Origin: Anaerolineae bacterium
GTDB lineage: Bacteria; Chloroflexota; Anaerolineae; Aggregatilineales; UBA3940
Assembly (NCBI GenBank): GCA_034434995.1
Contig: DAOTYF010000026.1
Location: forward strand, 3,492 to 67,491
DNA length: 64,000 nt
Reading direction: 5' to 3'
Part shown: one piece after another, positions 1 to 9,789 of the stretch
Layout: each line of letters starts with the position of its first letter
Numbering within the stretch: position 1 is the first letter of the stretch
Notes under the pieces: generated by a model
The model's input: the letters and a program-made list of their open reading frames with translations, nothing else
The model's database searches: none
Told to the model about the DNA's origin: nothing
Made by a program: the position numbers and the translations under genes

Positions 1-897
1 CAGGATGGTTGCTGGCGCGGCTGGCAGCCGGGACGATGGGGGGGCCATCTCTACAACCTCCTTGCTGCCAATGGCCAGCAACGACAAGGCCCCAGCAAGG
101 ATCGCGGCAGCGAAGGCGCTGTGGAGCGCATAGACTTCGGCGATGACCGCCTGACTCCAGAAAACAGGGGAGAAGGCGAAGGTCAGAGCTGCCAGGGCCG
201 ACACAATGCGATCCGTATGCAGGACGCGACGCAGGATGCGAAAGACCAACACAACGGATGTGGTTGCCGCCACGCTCGAAGTCAGGTTGACACGCGCAGC
301 GACGCTTCCCACCGGCAGCAGGCTGAACAGCTTACCTAGCAGAATGTATAGCGGATACCCTGTTGGATGAGCCACCCCCAGCACGGGGGCGGTTACCTGG
401 AATTCAAAGGTGTCTGCCCGCCCGACGACTCGCTGCAGAGTCAGGAGATAGGCAGCCAGCGCGATCAACCCAACGGTCGCGCCGCCGATCAGGTCGGCGC
501 GCAATTCGTGAGGCGATTTTGTCTTCCATAGCAAAGCCAGTGTCAGGAAGATTGCCCCCCCGATCAGGATGCCGCCGCGCAGGGGGTCAACCTGGGAGGG
601 TGGAGTCAGAACATACAGCCAGGGCAGGGTAGCGGGGGCCAGGGATGAGAGGTGCGGACGGGTGGCCCGCCCGGTGAGTATCCACAGCAGCCCGCCGATA
701 ACCAACGTCACTGCGAGCGCTATTCCCAACGAGGGTCCCCATCCCCCGAAAGCCACAAACCGCAACGGATCGACCTCATACAACAGCCGAGCTAGCCCCA
801 ACCCCAGCGGGATTCCAGCCCAGGCCGAGCCTGCTAGGATCAAAGTTGCCTTGGGCAGTGCAGAGCCGTTGCGCGGGACCAGTGAAACAGCCATCAT
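1..897 (-). CDS. DUF2723-type GT-C membrane glycosyltransferase-like protein, N-terminal 299 codons (3' end lies beyond the window edge)
   Basis: Absent from the ORF track because it runs off the window. My own minus-strand translation from ATG 897 stays open to base 1: MMAVSLVPRNGSALPKATLILAGSAWAGIPLGLGLARLLYEV...GRADTFEFQVTAPVLGVAHPTGYPLYILLGKLFSLLP... It has several TM helices and the AHPxGYPLY loop typical of DUF2723/TMEM260-like proteins. Its start overlaps the mrdA stop in ATGA (894-897). Confidence 0.6.
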   Translation of the reverse strand, partial: MMAVSLVPRNGSALPKATLILAGSAWAGIPLGLGLARLLYEVDPLRFVAFGGWGPSLGIALAVTLVIGGLLWILTGRATRPHLSSLAPATLPWLYVLTPPSQVDPLRGGILIGGAIFLTLALLWKTKSPHELRADLIGGATVGLIALAAYLLTLQRVVGRADTFEFQVTAPVLGVAHPTGYPLYILLGKLFSLLPVGSVAARVNLTSSVAATTSVVLVFRILRRVLHTDRIVSALAALTFAFSPVFWSQAVIAEVYALHSAFAAAILAGALSLLAIGSKEVVEMAPPSSRLPAAPATIL

Positions 898-3065
898 GGC
901 TGAACCGTCGGAGTGGGTTGGGATTCCGGTGGAAGCGGCGGGGTGGGAGTGGCGTTCTGTATCTGTTGTTGAAGAGCACGTTCCGTCTTCAGACGGAAGT
1001 AATCGTCCATGACTTGGGTGACAACCGGCAAGGCAACCGTTGCACCCTCATTCCCATTGTAGACAAATGCGATAATGGCGATCTCTGGGCTGCCATACGG
1101 CGCATAGCCCATGAACCAGGCATGGGCAGGCCACGAACCAGGGATGCAGCGATCTAGTGCTGCAGCGATGTTGTCACAAAACTCGGCTGTGCCGGTCTTG
1201 CCCGCAACGGGAACATAGGGCAAGTTTTCCTGGAAACGGATGGCCGTTCCCCCTTCGATCAGCACCGCCTGGCGCATCCCCTCTTGCACATAGCGAAGCG
1301 TCTCGTCGAAGGTCTCCGGATAGGGCTGGCCGTTATGAGTCTCCGGCCAGAACTCGCGCAGCAGGTCACGCATGTCGGTGGTATCCGGCTCAAATCCGCG
1401 CACCACATTGCTATTGGCATCATATATCTCACGGACCAACGTTGGGCGGGTGATAATGCCATTGTTCGCCAGGGTGCTGAGCACATGGATCATCTGTAAG
1501 GGAGTCGTCAACACATAGCCCTGACCGAAGGCTGAGTTATATGTATCGCCAGTGGACCAGTTCTCGCCCCAGGTGCGTCGTTTCCAGGCAGGGCCGGGGA
1601 TCGTACCGTCGATCTCACCAGCCAGCTCAATTCCTGTGAAGTTACCCAGCCCGAACAACTCCATCCATTGCCCCAACCGCTCGATGCCCAGGCCAATGCC
1701 GGGGATTTCCTCCCGCCCCGTTTCGGGATCGGTATAGCCGCCACCAATTTTGTAGAAGTACACATCGCAAGACCAAGCTAGACCATGGACGAGATCCACC
1801 GCGCCATGACCGAATCCCTCCCCACGATCCTGGTTGATCCAGCACACAAAGGTCTGGGACTGGCTTGGTTCGTTGGGATAGTAGCGATTCTGGAGCTGGA
1901 TGAGGCCGGGGTCTTCGATCCGGTAGTCCGGCGTGACCACGCCTTCCTCCAGCGCAGCAGTTGCGGTGATGACCTTGAAGATCGAGCCGGGGGGGTAGAG
2001 GGAGCTAATAGCCTGGTTGAACAACGGCTTAAGCGGGTCCTGGGAGACCTGCAGGTAATAGGGATAGTCAATGCCACGTGCAAAACGCTGGTTATCGTAG
2101 GTCGGCCAACTTACCATCGCCAGAACCTCACCTGTGCGGGGATTCATGGCGATCACCACGCCGCGGTCGTAGCCGATCAAGTTCTCCGGGTAGAGTGAGC
2201 GCATCAGCTCTAACTCTTCAACCAGATGTTGCTGGGCTGCTGCCTGAAGATCAGCATCAATGGTAAGCTGCACACTATAGCCGGGCTGAGGTGGGGTCTC
2301 GCCCAGAGTACGGACTATCAGACCGGCCACATCACGCTCCACAATCTGACGGCCCGGGCGGCCCGCCAGCCAGTCTTCCATGCTAAACTCGATCCCATCG
2401 TAGCCGATCCGGTCGCGATCAAGCACATAGCAGCGCTCGCGGTACTCGTCGGCCAGCGACTCCGGAATGGGGCCCAGATAACCGATCAGGTGTGCTGTCA
2501 AAGAGCCTGTGGGGTAATCCCGTACCGATACCCAGTCGATAGATACTCCAGGAAGCTGCTCGGCCTCGATGATGCGGGCCGTATCATAGTCGATGTCCGT
2601 TTTGACGACGACCCCCCGATAGGGTGCGATGCCCTCGCCCTCGCGCACCATCGTCACCAAGCTACGCTGTGGGATACCGCGCTCGTCAACCGTGCTCAAT
2701 TCACCGCTCAGTGGAATACGGATCAGACCCGCCAGATGCTCCAGCACAGCCAGCTCCTCCGTGTCATTGGCAGGCAGTTCAGCGGGCGTGACGACGACAT
2801 TGGCGCTGGCGACGTTCACTGCCAAGGGCTTGCCGTAGCGATCGGTGATGATACCGCGCGTGGCAGGGATGCACACCGTGTCAAAGCGATTCTCATCTGC
2901 CTGAAGCACGTATGTCTCGTGCTGGAGGAACTGAATCTGGTAAAGGCGTGCTGCCAGGATCAGGAACGTAGCAATCACTATTACACGGAAGACCAGCAGA
3001 CGCCCGGTCTGGCGAGGTTTATGGGTCAACGAAGGGAGATCACGAAAAGACATACCAACCCTCAT
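894..3065 (-). CDS. mrdA: penicillin-binding protein 2 (elongasome transpeptidase)
   Basis: 723 aa with an N-terminal TM anchor. Transpeptidase motifs are SIFK (SxxK) and KTGTAE (KTG). It sits directly downstream of mreBCD. GAGG lies 7 nt upstream of ATG 3065. Confidence 0.9.
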   Translation of the reverse strand: MRVGMSFRDLPSLTHKPRQTGRLLVFRVIVIATFLILAARLYQIQFLQHETYVLQADENRFDTVCIPATRGIITDRYGKPLAVNVASANVVVTPAELPANDTEELAVLEHLAGLIRIPLSGELSTVDERGIPQRSLVTMVREGEGIAPYRGVVVKTDIDYDTARIIEAEQLPGVSIDWVSVRDYPTGSLTAHLIGYLGPIPESLADEYRERCYVLDRDRIGYDGIEFSMEDWLAGRPGRQIVERDVAGLIVRTLGETPPQPGYSVQLTIDADLQAAAQQHLVEELELMRSLYPENLIGYDRGVVIAMNPRTGEVLAMVSWPTYDNQRFARGIDYPYYLQVSQDPLKPLFNQAISSLYPPGSIFKVITATAALEEGVVTPDYRIEDPGLIQLQNRYYPNEPSQSQTFVCWINQDRGEGFGHGAVDLVHGLAWSCDVYFYKIGGGYTDPETGREEIPGIGLGIERLGQWMELFGLGNFTGIELAGEIDGTIPGPAWKRRTWGENWSTGDTYNSAFGQGYVLTTPLQMIHVLSTLANNGIITRPTLVREIYDANSNVVRGFEPDTTDMRDLLREFWPETHNGQPYPETFDETLRYVQEGMRQAVLIEGGTAIRFQENLPYVPVAGKTGTAEFCDNIAAALDRCIPGSWPAHAWFMGYAPYGSPEIAIIAFVYNGNEGATVALPVVTQVMDDYFRLKTERALQQQIQNATPTPPLPPESQPTPTVQP

Positions 3066-3133
3066 CCCCAGGCCTCTCTCACCGTTGGGCTGCAGGGGCT
3101 TATCTGGACGACAGGGGAAATTGACGGAATCCG

Positions 3134-3637
3134 TTAGATCGTCGTCTGGCGCGGGTGCAGGCGCGTGTAAAGCCCATCCAACATACGTAATGCCGGGATG
3201 ATCAGAAGCACGTCGAACATCACGGAGGGCAGTGTAACATACCCCACTGCCTCTGACCAGGGTACTGCGACGCCCGCAAAGAAACGCAGGAGTAATAGAT
3301 AGGCAGCATGATATGCCAGCGCCCCAGCCGCAACCAACGCGAGAGGCAGGATGACATTCGTCCGATAGACTTGAGCCTCGGTCAGGGCGACCACCAGGGA
3401 GATTGGCAGCAAGGCAAGCGATGAGAGTCCCAGCGGCGCGCCGGAAAACAGGTCAACAAACAAGCCGCCAACGAAGGCCCACACAATGCCTTCACGGTCA
3501 CGGTCGAGAATGGACCAGGCTATCACGAGCACCACAATCAGGTCGGGTTGTCCACCAAACACGCGCAGGTGAGATAGCACAGCTCCCTGTACTACAGCCG
3601 CTAGCGCGAACAAGGGCAGGCCGAGTTGGAGGCTCAT
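3134..3637 (-). CDS. mreD: rod shape-determining protein MreD
   Basis: 167-aa polytopic membrane protein located between mreC and mrdA. Its start overlaps the mreC stop in ATGA (3634-3637). Confidence 0.7.
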   Translation of the reverse strand: MSLQLGLPLFALAAVVQGAVLSHLRVFGGQPDLIVVLVIAWSILDRDREGIVWAFVGGLFVDLFSGAPLGLSSLALLPISLVVALTEAQVYRTNVILPLALVAAGALAYHAAYLLLLRFFAGVAVPWSEAVGYVTLPSVMFDVLLIIPALRMLDGLYTRLHPRQTTI

Positions 3638-4494
3638 GGTTGGTTCGTCCCTTCGATCATGCTCTCGAAGGCGGAGAGATCGATGGGCTGAAAGCTGGTG
3701 ATAACTGAGACCAGTTCGAGGTTATCAAAGTCTACCGTCGCGCGGACCTCTGCTTCCTGGAAAAGCTCGGCAGGCTGCTGGCGCACACTGGCGACTTGGC
3801 CGATCATGATGTCGGAAGGGAAAGCACCGCCGAGACCAGAGGTTATGACAAGATCGCCAACCTCGATGATAACACCTTGAGGAATGCGCTCCATGCGTAG
3901 ATTACCGCGCAGTTGGCCACTGACTAACCCCTCAGCGCGGGTGTTCTGCAGGCGGGCGTTGACCAAACTGCTCGGGTCAATAGCCAGACGTACCCAGGCG
4001 ACATTAGCAGCCACTTCCTCAACGCGACCCACCAGGCCGAGGTCGCTGATCACCGGGTTGCCGACCTTGATTCCATCCCTCGCTCCTCGGTTGATCACCA
4101 CCCAGCGGAGATAGCTGCTCGTGTCCCGGGCTATCACGTCAGCGGTGACGATGCTCTGGTCAGGGTGCCTAGCAGCGTAATCTACTAGCCCGGCTAGCCG
4201 ATAGTAATCCTGCTCGATCTCGCGCAGTCTCACGATCTCCACCTGTAGCTCAGCAACAGCGTGCTCCAGTTCCCGAGTGCGCTGGCGAAGGGTATCCACA
4301 TCCTCTGACTCCCCCCCAAGGCTGTCAGCAACTTCCAGCCCCTGGGTCAACAGACGGGCAATAGGCGAGAGCGGGGCCATCACTACGCTGACGACAGGGC
4401 GCAGGATTTCTGACCGGCTGCCCAGTCCCCATAGGATCAAGGACAGCAGCATCAGCAGCCCAAAGGTAAACAGCCGTCTGCTTGCACGTCGCAT
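3634..4494 (-). CDS. mreC: rod shape-determining protein MreC
   Basis: 286 aa with an N-terminal TM, a coiled-coil segment (LRQRTRELEHAVAELQVEIVRLREIE) and then beta-rich repeats (GDPVISDLGLVGRV, GDLVITSGLGGAFP), which is typical of MreC. It lies downstream of mreB. Confidence 0.85.
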   Translation of the reverse strand: MRRASRRLFTFGLLMLLSLILWGLGSRSEILRPVVSVVMAPLSPIARLLTQGLEVADSLGGESEDVDTLRQRTRELEHAVAELQVEIVRLREIEQDYYRLAGLVDYAARHPDQSIVTADVIARDTSSYLRWVVINRGARDGIKVGNPVISDLGLVGRVEEVAANVAWVRLAIDPSSLVNARLQNTRAEGLVSGQLRGNLRMERIPQGVIIEVGDLVITSGLGGAFPSDIMIGQVASVRQQPAELFQEAEVRATVDFDNLELVSVITSFQPIDLSAFESMIEGTNQP

Positions 4495-4694
4495 GCCAAC
4501 ATCCTAACTTACCTAGAGAGCCTGCCTCATGTTATTACCTGTTATATTCCGATCGGGCTGTTCTTAATGAATGATCCTTGGGCACACTATAGCCCATTAT
4601 AGCGGAAAGGGCGTGGCACTGTCCCCCACTAGGGTCAGGACCACCCCCGCTCATTGGCTGAAGTCAGTTGGGGATTGCTGGTGAAGCCTGGTGA

Positions 4695-5756
4695 TCAGTG
4701 TTGCGTACTGCCGCGTTCCAATCCAACCAACATCCGTTTCAGGTTGTCGTAGTCTTCCAGCACGCGGCCTGCACCGCGCGCCACGCAGGTCATCGGGTCT
4801 TCCGCCAGCCAGACCCGCATGTTGGCCTCTTCCGAAAGACGCTCGGTGAGGCCCGCCAGTTGTGACCCACCGCCCGCCATACAGATGCCTGTCTCCATCA
4901 GATCGGAGATCAGCTCCGGCGGCGTCTCGTCGAGCGCGTCCTTGATGGTATCGATGATCACCTGCGTGGAACTGGACAGTGCCTCACGTAGCTCAATGGA
5001 AGAAATTTCAATGGCTTCCGGCAGACCTGTGATTAAGTTGCGGCCACGCATCGTGATAGTGCGTTCCTCTGGCAACGGGTAGGCTGAGCCAGCCTCGATT
5101 TTGGCACGTTCCGCCATGCGCTCACCGATCAGAGTGTTGTACTTGGTACGCATGTACTGGATGATGTCTTCGTCCATCTCATCGCCAGCGACGCGGATCG
5201 ACCGGCTGATCACGATGCCGCCCAATGAGAATAGCGCAACCTCGGTCGTGCCGCCCCCAATATCCACGATCATGCTGCCACGGCTCTCGCTGATCGGCAG
5301 ACCGGCGCCGATGGCAGCGGCCATCGGTTCCTCGATCAGGAACGCCTCTCGCGCCCCCGCAGACATGGTAGCATCGTAGACAGCCCGCTTCTCAACCTCC
5401 GTTACCCCTGCCGGGATACCCACCACAACGCGGGGCCTAGGCAGGGGAACGAGGGATTGTTCGTGTGCCTTACCGATGAAATATTCTAACATGGCCTGAG
5501 TGATCTCGAACTCTGAGATCACCCCATCGCGCAGAGGGCGGATGGCGATGATGTTGGCCGGGGTTCGTCCAACCATCTGGCGAGCCTCCGAGCCAATCGC
5601 TAGGGCCTTACGCGACCGTTTCTCAATAGCAACCCACGAGGGTTCGTTAATGACAATGCCACGGCCCCGCACATATACCAGGGTATTGGCCGTTCCCAAG
5701 TCAATGCCGATGTCGAGCGAAAAGAGGCCCAGCAGCCAGTTCAGCGGGGTAAACAC
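4695..5756 (-). CDS. mreB: rod shape-determining actin-like protein MreB
   Basis: 353 aa with actin-fold ATPase motifs GIDLGTANTLVY, VVGIPAGVTEVE and IVDIGGGTTEVA. Confidence 0.95.
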   Translation of the reverse strand: MFTPLNWLLGLFSLDIGIDLGTANTLVYVRGRGIVINEPSWVAIEKRSRKALAIGSEARQMVGRTPANIIAIRPLRDGVISEFEITQAMLEYFIGKAHEQSLVPLPRPRVVVGIPAGVTEVEKRAVYDATMSAGAREAFLIEEPMAAAIGAGLPISESRGSMIVDIGGGTTEVALFSLGGIVISRSIRVAGDEMDEDIIQYMRTKYNTLIGERMAERAKIEAGSAYPLPEERTITMRGRNLITGLPEAIEISSIELREALSSSTQVIIDTIKDALDETPPELISDLMETGICMAGGGSQLAGLTERLSEEANMRVWLAEDPMTCVARGAGRVLEDYDNLKRMLVGLERGSTQH

Positions 5757-5946
5757 GAAATGGATACGCTCCTCGGAGGCGCTGAAGCCCAGCCCAATAG
5801 CGCTGGCTTACGGGGGCGGATTATATCATCTGAGGGGGGGGCCTGCAATCAGACTGAGCACGGGGAAGGGGATAGCTACGAAGATATCTACGCAGGAGTG
5901 GCTCGCAATTGCCCTGAATACCCATCACCTTATATCCACTCCCAAT

Positions 5947-5976
5947 TTGATCAGCCTATCGGCAGAGCGGTATAAT
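5947..5976 (+). promoter_or_regulatory. sigma-70-type promoter candidate for rplS
   Basis: TTGATC (5947-5952), an 18-nt spacer, then a perfect TATAAT (5971-5976). It lies in the divergent mreB/rplS intergenic region. Confidence 0.4.
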
Positions 5977-6010
5977 CCCCAGCCGCTAGCAGCCAATTGA
6001 GCAGAATGCC

Positions 6011-6034
6011 AACCAGCCGAGGGGCTGGTTTGTT
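6011..6034 (+). promoter_or_regulatory. terminator-like hairpin in the rplS 5' leader (possible attenuator or autoregulatory element)
   Basis: AACCAGCC-gagg-GGCTGGTT forms a perfect 8-bp stem with a 4-nt loop and runs into TTTGTT. It lies between the candidate -10 and the rplS start, and no upstream co-oriented gene exists for it to terminate. Confidence 0.3.
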
Positions 6035-6110
6035 CACGAATTGACCTAGAGTGAGAGAGGAGAGTGTGGCTACCATAACGCCGACGGGCGTTGTAGCCGC
6101 GGGGACGACG

Positions 6111-6464
6111 ATGAAAGAAGACCTTCTGAATGCTAATGCCCTGATAACAACGAAGAATCCCAACATCCCTGAACTGCGCCCCGGTGACAGTGTGAAGGTC
6201 CATATCCGGATCGTCGAGGGCGAGCGGGAACGTATCCAGGTCTTCCCTGGTACAGTTATCCGGCTACGCAAAGGAGGCAATGAGGCGAGCTTCACTGTCC
6301 GCCGCACAGCCTCACATGGGGTTGGGGTAGAGCGCACATTTCTCTTAAACTCGCCGCGCATCGAGAAGGTTGAGGTATTAAGCCATTCCCACGTCCGCCG
6401 TGCTCAACTCTACTACCTGCGCGGGCGCACAGGCCGCCGGGCTGTGCTTCGAGAGAAGCGCTGA
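6111..6464 (+). CDS. rplS: 50S ribosomal protein L19
   Basis: [33 protein letters not shown]...FTVRR...[18 protein letters not shown] is the L19 signature. ATG 6111 gives a typical 118-aa length. The track ORF begins at an upstream GTG at 6051. Confidence 0.9.
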   Translation: MKEDLLNANALITTKNPNIPELRPGDSVKVHIRIVEGERERIQVFPGTVIRLRKGGNEASFTVRRTASHGVGVERTFLLNSPRIEKVEVLSHSHVRRAQLYYLRGRTGRRAVLREKR

Positions 6465-6594
6465 GGCTGGGGGTGTGGAGTGGAATCACGGATTGCAGAG
6501 GTCGGGACTGGGCCCTGATTACGCCAGATGAAGCGATTGGCCGCGAGCGGATAGCCACTCCCCGGAGCCAGATCAGTAGCTCATAGAGGAGAAA

Positions 6595-7443
6595 GTGACC
6601 GTCGATCCTCGCCCAATAGCGATGCTTGACTCCGGAGTGGGAGGACTATCCATCCTCCGCGAGGTCCGGCAGCAGCTCCCGAATGAGGACGTTCTGTACT
6701 TCGCTGACCAGGGCCACGTTCCCTATGGCCCGCGTCCCTTGGAGGAAATCCGCCGCTTCGTACGGGGCATTACCCAGTTTTTCATGGAACGCGACGCGAA
6801 GGCGATCGTGATCGCCTGCAATGCCGCCTCGGCTGCCAGCCTGTTGTACGCCCGTGAGGTGTTCCCAGAAATGGCCTTCGTTGGCATGGAACCAGCGATC
6901 AAGCCCGCTGCTGAGCGCACTCGGAGCGGGGTGATCGGGGTGATCACGACACAGGCAACCTACCAGGGCGAGTTGTTTGCCAGCTTGGTGGATCGCTTTG
7001 CCAACGGCATCGAGGTCGTGACCCAGGTTTGCCCGGACTTTGTGACCCTGGTCGAGCGGGGGCAACTTGATGGAGAAGAGGTTCGGAGAACTGCTGAGAG
7101 ATACCTGCGCCCGCTTCTGGCGGCGCAGATAGACCACCTTGTGCTCGGTTGCACCCATTTCCCCTTTTTGATTCCAGTGCTGAAAGCAGTGGTAGGCCCG
7201 GCGGTGGAAATCGTCGATCCCAGCCCTGCTGTTGCCCGCCAGACGGGGCGGGTCATTGCGAATCAGCGCGGCCCACGGGATCACACTGGGAAGGTCATCT
7301 ATTACACCAGCGGTGATCCAGAGGTCTTCACGGCGCTAGCGCGCCGGCTTGTAGGGGAATCCATCGCCCCCACGCAGGTTGTGGCGACGGGATGGCGAGA
7401 GGACCAGCTACGAGTTGTATCTGAGTGGCGGTTACCCTCTTAA
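6595..7443 (+). CDS. murI: glutamate racemase
   Basis: LDSGVGGLSILREV, YFADQGHVPYGPR, the catalytic ACNAAS and GCTHFPFL motifs are all present. AGAGGAG sits upstream of GTG 6595. Confidence 0.9.
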   Translation: MTVDPRPIAMLDSGVGGLSILREVRQQLPNEDVLYFADQGHVPYGPRPLEEIRRFVRGITQFFMERDAKAIVIACNAASAASLLYAREVFPEMAFVGMEPAIKPAAERTRSGVIGVITTQATYQGELFASLVDRFANGIEVVTQVCPDFVTLVERGQLDGEEVRRTAERYLRPLLAAQIDHLVLGCTHFPFLIPVLKAVVGPAVEIVDPSPAVARQTGRVIANQRGPRDHTGKVIYYTSGDPEVFTALARRLVGESIAPTQVVATGWREDQLRVVSEWRLPS

Positions 7444-7479
7444 CCGCCTGGGCTGGCGGCATCTTACCCTGATATCAGA

Positions 7480-9789
7480 TTAACGCTTGTTGCCCGCTTT
7501 GGAATCGGCTGTGCCGCCCGGCTCATTGGCGGACTCGCGGAGCTGCTGAATGCGCTGGTGGGCCCCCATCGTTGCCGGACGAACCGGCAGGACGACATGA
7601 AAGGCGCTGCCCGGCAACTTCTCCTCATTGTGCCCTTCACTCTCCACCCAAATGCGGCCACCATGTCCTTCGATGATTCCCTTGGCGATGGGCAGGCCCA
7701 GGCCGGGGCCAGCCCCTTTGAACTTGGTGGAGCCAGTGGAGTGCAGGGCGGTCGGGCCGATGCGGTAGAATTTCTCGAAGATCAGCAGATGATGCTGAGG
7801 GTCGATTCCGATGCCGGTGTCCTGGATGATGATCCGGACTGTCTTGGGTTGGCCCTGGTCATCTCTTTCGTAGACTTCGCCGGATACGTTGATCTTGCCC
7901 CCATCTGGCGTGAATTTGACCGCGTTGGTGATCATAGCCTCAAATGCCTGCACCAGCCGCTTGTAATCCCCGTAGATCGGGGGGAGGCTGCGCAAGCCAC
8001 GCGCCACCAGCGTTAAATTGCGCTGGTGAATGGCATCGCTGTATGGTTCAATCGCCAGCTTGATGATGCTGGCCAGACTGGTCTCCACGAAGCTCAGATC
8101 CATGTTCTCCACGTCGATCTGCGACACGTCGAGCATGGAGGCAATGACCTCGCCCATGCGTTGGCTGGCCTGGCGCAGGCTGGCGGTGATCTCAATGGTT
8201 TGTTGCGGCGTCAGAAGGTTACGCTCCGACATCTCCAGCAGCAGATCGGCGTAACCCTGGATTTGAGTCAGGGGGGTTCTCAACTCGTGAGAAGCAATTG
8301 AGATGAAGTCACTCTTGACGGCGTCCAACCGGGCTAGCCGCTCGTTGGAGGCGCTCAGGTCCTCGTTAAGGCTGCTGATCTCGGCATTGAGCGCGCGCAA
8401 ATCGGCCACCAGCCGGGCGTTTTCCAGGGCAGTGACTGTCTGGGTAGCCAGAGCCGCCAACAGCTCGCTTTCGGTAGGTTGGTAGGGATCGTCGTTGACT
8501 TTGGGCCCTAATGCCAGAATGCCAATCAACCTGCCATCGCCGACGATAGGGGCGTAGACGTCCATCTCTAAAGAGCTGAAGTAGCTTCTTTCGGACTGCG
8601 GCGCGGCGTGATATTCTCGCTGATAGTCAATGTCATATTGGAGAAGCGGGCGACCCGTGCTTAGGAAATGTTGGTAAATCGGGCTGGTAAGCGCGATGCG
8701 CCCGGACTTGCCCCCTTCTGCCCGATCCGTACCAATCACTTCCAGCACCACCTCGGGCCCCTGCTGGGTGGCTAGGATGAGATAACCACGCCGCGCGCCG
8801 AGAAGTTCATCTGCTGCCCGGATGGCGGCATTGGCGAATTCTCCCAAATCGATCAGGCTCCCCAGCCGTTGTCCGTACAGGCGGATTGCCTCGGCCACGT
8901 CTGGGCGGTCACGCACGATCAGGCGGCGCAGCAGCCAGCGTATAAACCGATTTACTGGCTGCACGATCAGGGCTACCCCCAGAGCGATCCCCACAGCCAG
9001 AAGCCAGCGCCCGACTTCTGGTAGGTCGCCGACTGGTACATTCAGCGCAGCAATGATCCCGCCCAGGACCAGCGCACCGGTAGCCAGGGTTAGGATGGTG
9101 AAGCTGACGACACGGCGGGCGGAGTCGCGCAGATCGACTACGCGATGGGTCAGCACCCCATATTCTGCTGCGATGGCTCCCACCAGGCGGACGCTGTAAC
9201 CTACCAGGTTGTAAGGTGGGCTTAGCCAGGCTGCCAGGGCATCCCCCAACATGAGGAAGGGGATTACCACATACCAGAACAGGATGCGATTCGCGTATAG
9301 GGGGAGCGATTCGCTCAAAAAAGCCCGGGCGACCAACAGGAACAGCACCAATGCCAGTAGCAACCAACCAAAGGCCAGGATTTCGAAACTCAGGCTGGTC
9401 TGTGCGGCAAACACGCGCCAGAGGCCACCCTGCTGGCTGAACACAGCCGGAGCTTGCATCACCCAGGCCGCAACCATCGCCCCAATCCAGGCCACAACCA
9501 GAATTCCCCAACCGATTAGCCATCCTCCACGATGCGCCAGATAGCCCAGCGTCAGCCCGCCGGTCAGGGCGACGCTCATGACGAAGCCCATCAGCGCCAA
9601 TGGCTGGTCAGGTAATGGCAGCCCCACGCCAGGATTGAGCAGAAGCAGCCCGTGTATCCCCATCAGAGCGGCGGAGAAAGCACAATAAGCGATCAGCCAA
9701 CCCTCTGCCGGTCGATGCCCCGTGCGTCCGCGCAAGGCGATCCCAAGCAAGACAAGGTAGGCCACACCCGCACCCAGAGCCACGATCAT
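7480..9789 (-). CDS. sensor histidine kinase with a polytopic membrane N-terminus, GAF domain, HisKA and HATPase_c
   Basis: 769 aa with about 8-10 N-terminal TM helices and a GAF-like segment. The H-box is [18 protein letters not shown], and the ATPase boxes are DTGIGI and [15 protein letters not shown]. No response regulator gene is adjacent. Confidence 0.85.
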   Translation of the reverse strand: MIVALGAGVAYLVLLGIALRGRTGHRPAEGWLIAYCAFSAALMGIHGLLLLNPGVGLPLPDQPLALMGFVMSVALTGGLTLGYLAHRGGWLIGWGILVVAWIGAMVAAWVMQAPAVFSQQGGLWRVFAAQTSLSFEILAFGWLLLALVLFLLVARAFLSESLPLYANRILFWYVVIPFLMLGDALAAWLSPPYNLVGYSVRLVGAIAAEYGVLTHRVVDLRDSARRVVSFTILTLATGALVLGGIIAALNVPVGDLPEVGRWLLAVGIALGVALIVQPVNRFIRWLLRRLIVRDRPDVAEAIRLYGQRLGSLIDLGEFANAAIRAADELLGARRGYLILATQQGPEVVLEVIGTDRAEGGKSGRIALTSPIYQHFLSTGRPLLQYDIDYQREYHAAPQSERSYFSSLEMDVYAPIVGDGRLIGILALGPKVNDDPYQPTESELLAALATQTVTALENARLVADLRALNAEISSLNEDLSASNERLARLDAVKSDFISIASHELRTPLTQIQGYADLLLEMSERNLLTPQQTIEITASLRQASQRMGEVIASMLDVSQIDVENMDLSFVETSLASIIKLAIEPYSDAIHQRNLTLVARGLRSLPPIYGDYKRLVQAFEAMITNAVKFTPDGGKINVSGEVYERDDQGQPKTVRIIIQDTGIGIDPQHHLLIFEKFYRIGPTALHSTGSTKFKGAGPGLGLPIAKGIIEGHGGRIWVESEGHNEEKLPGSAFHVVLPVRPATMGAHQRIQQLRESANEPGGTADSKAGNKR

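Noticed and set aside
121-1157. Plus-strand ORFs 121-339, 363-632, 569-1012 and 846-1157 at the left edge
   Set aside because: They are Arg/Pro/Gly-rich shadow frames opposite a continuous minus-strand reading frame (1-897) that encodes a convincing polytopic DUF2723-like protein, and opposite the 3' end of mrdA.
2226-3137. Long antisense ORFs inside well-supported genes. Examples are 2226-3137(+), 6646-7284(-), 14533-15243(-), 16409-17161(-), 19458-20276(-), 24163-24933(+), 38090-38818(+), 43861-44637(+), 57331-57933(-), 61674-62405(-) and 62457-63617(-).
   Set aside because: These are typical high-GC shadow ORFs. They have no recognisable motifs, their composition is skewed to Arg/Ala/Gly/Pro, and each lies opposite a gene with clear family signatures.
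4495-4694. Possible internal promoter in the 200-nt mreB-mreC spacer (minus-strand TATAAT at 4601-4596)
   Set aside because: The -10 is perfect, but I could not find a convincing -35 at 16-18 nt. It may be a real internal promoter for mreCD-mrdA, but the evidence is a single hexamer.
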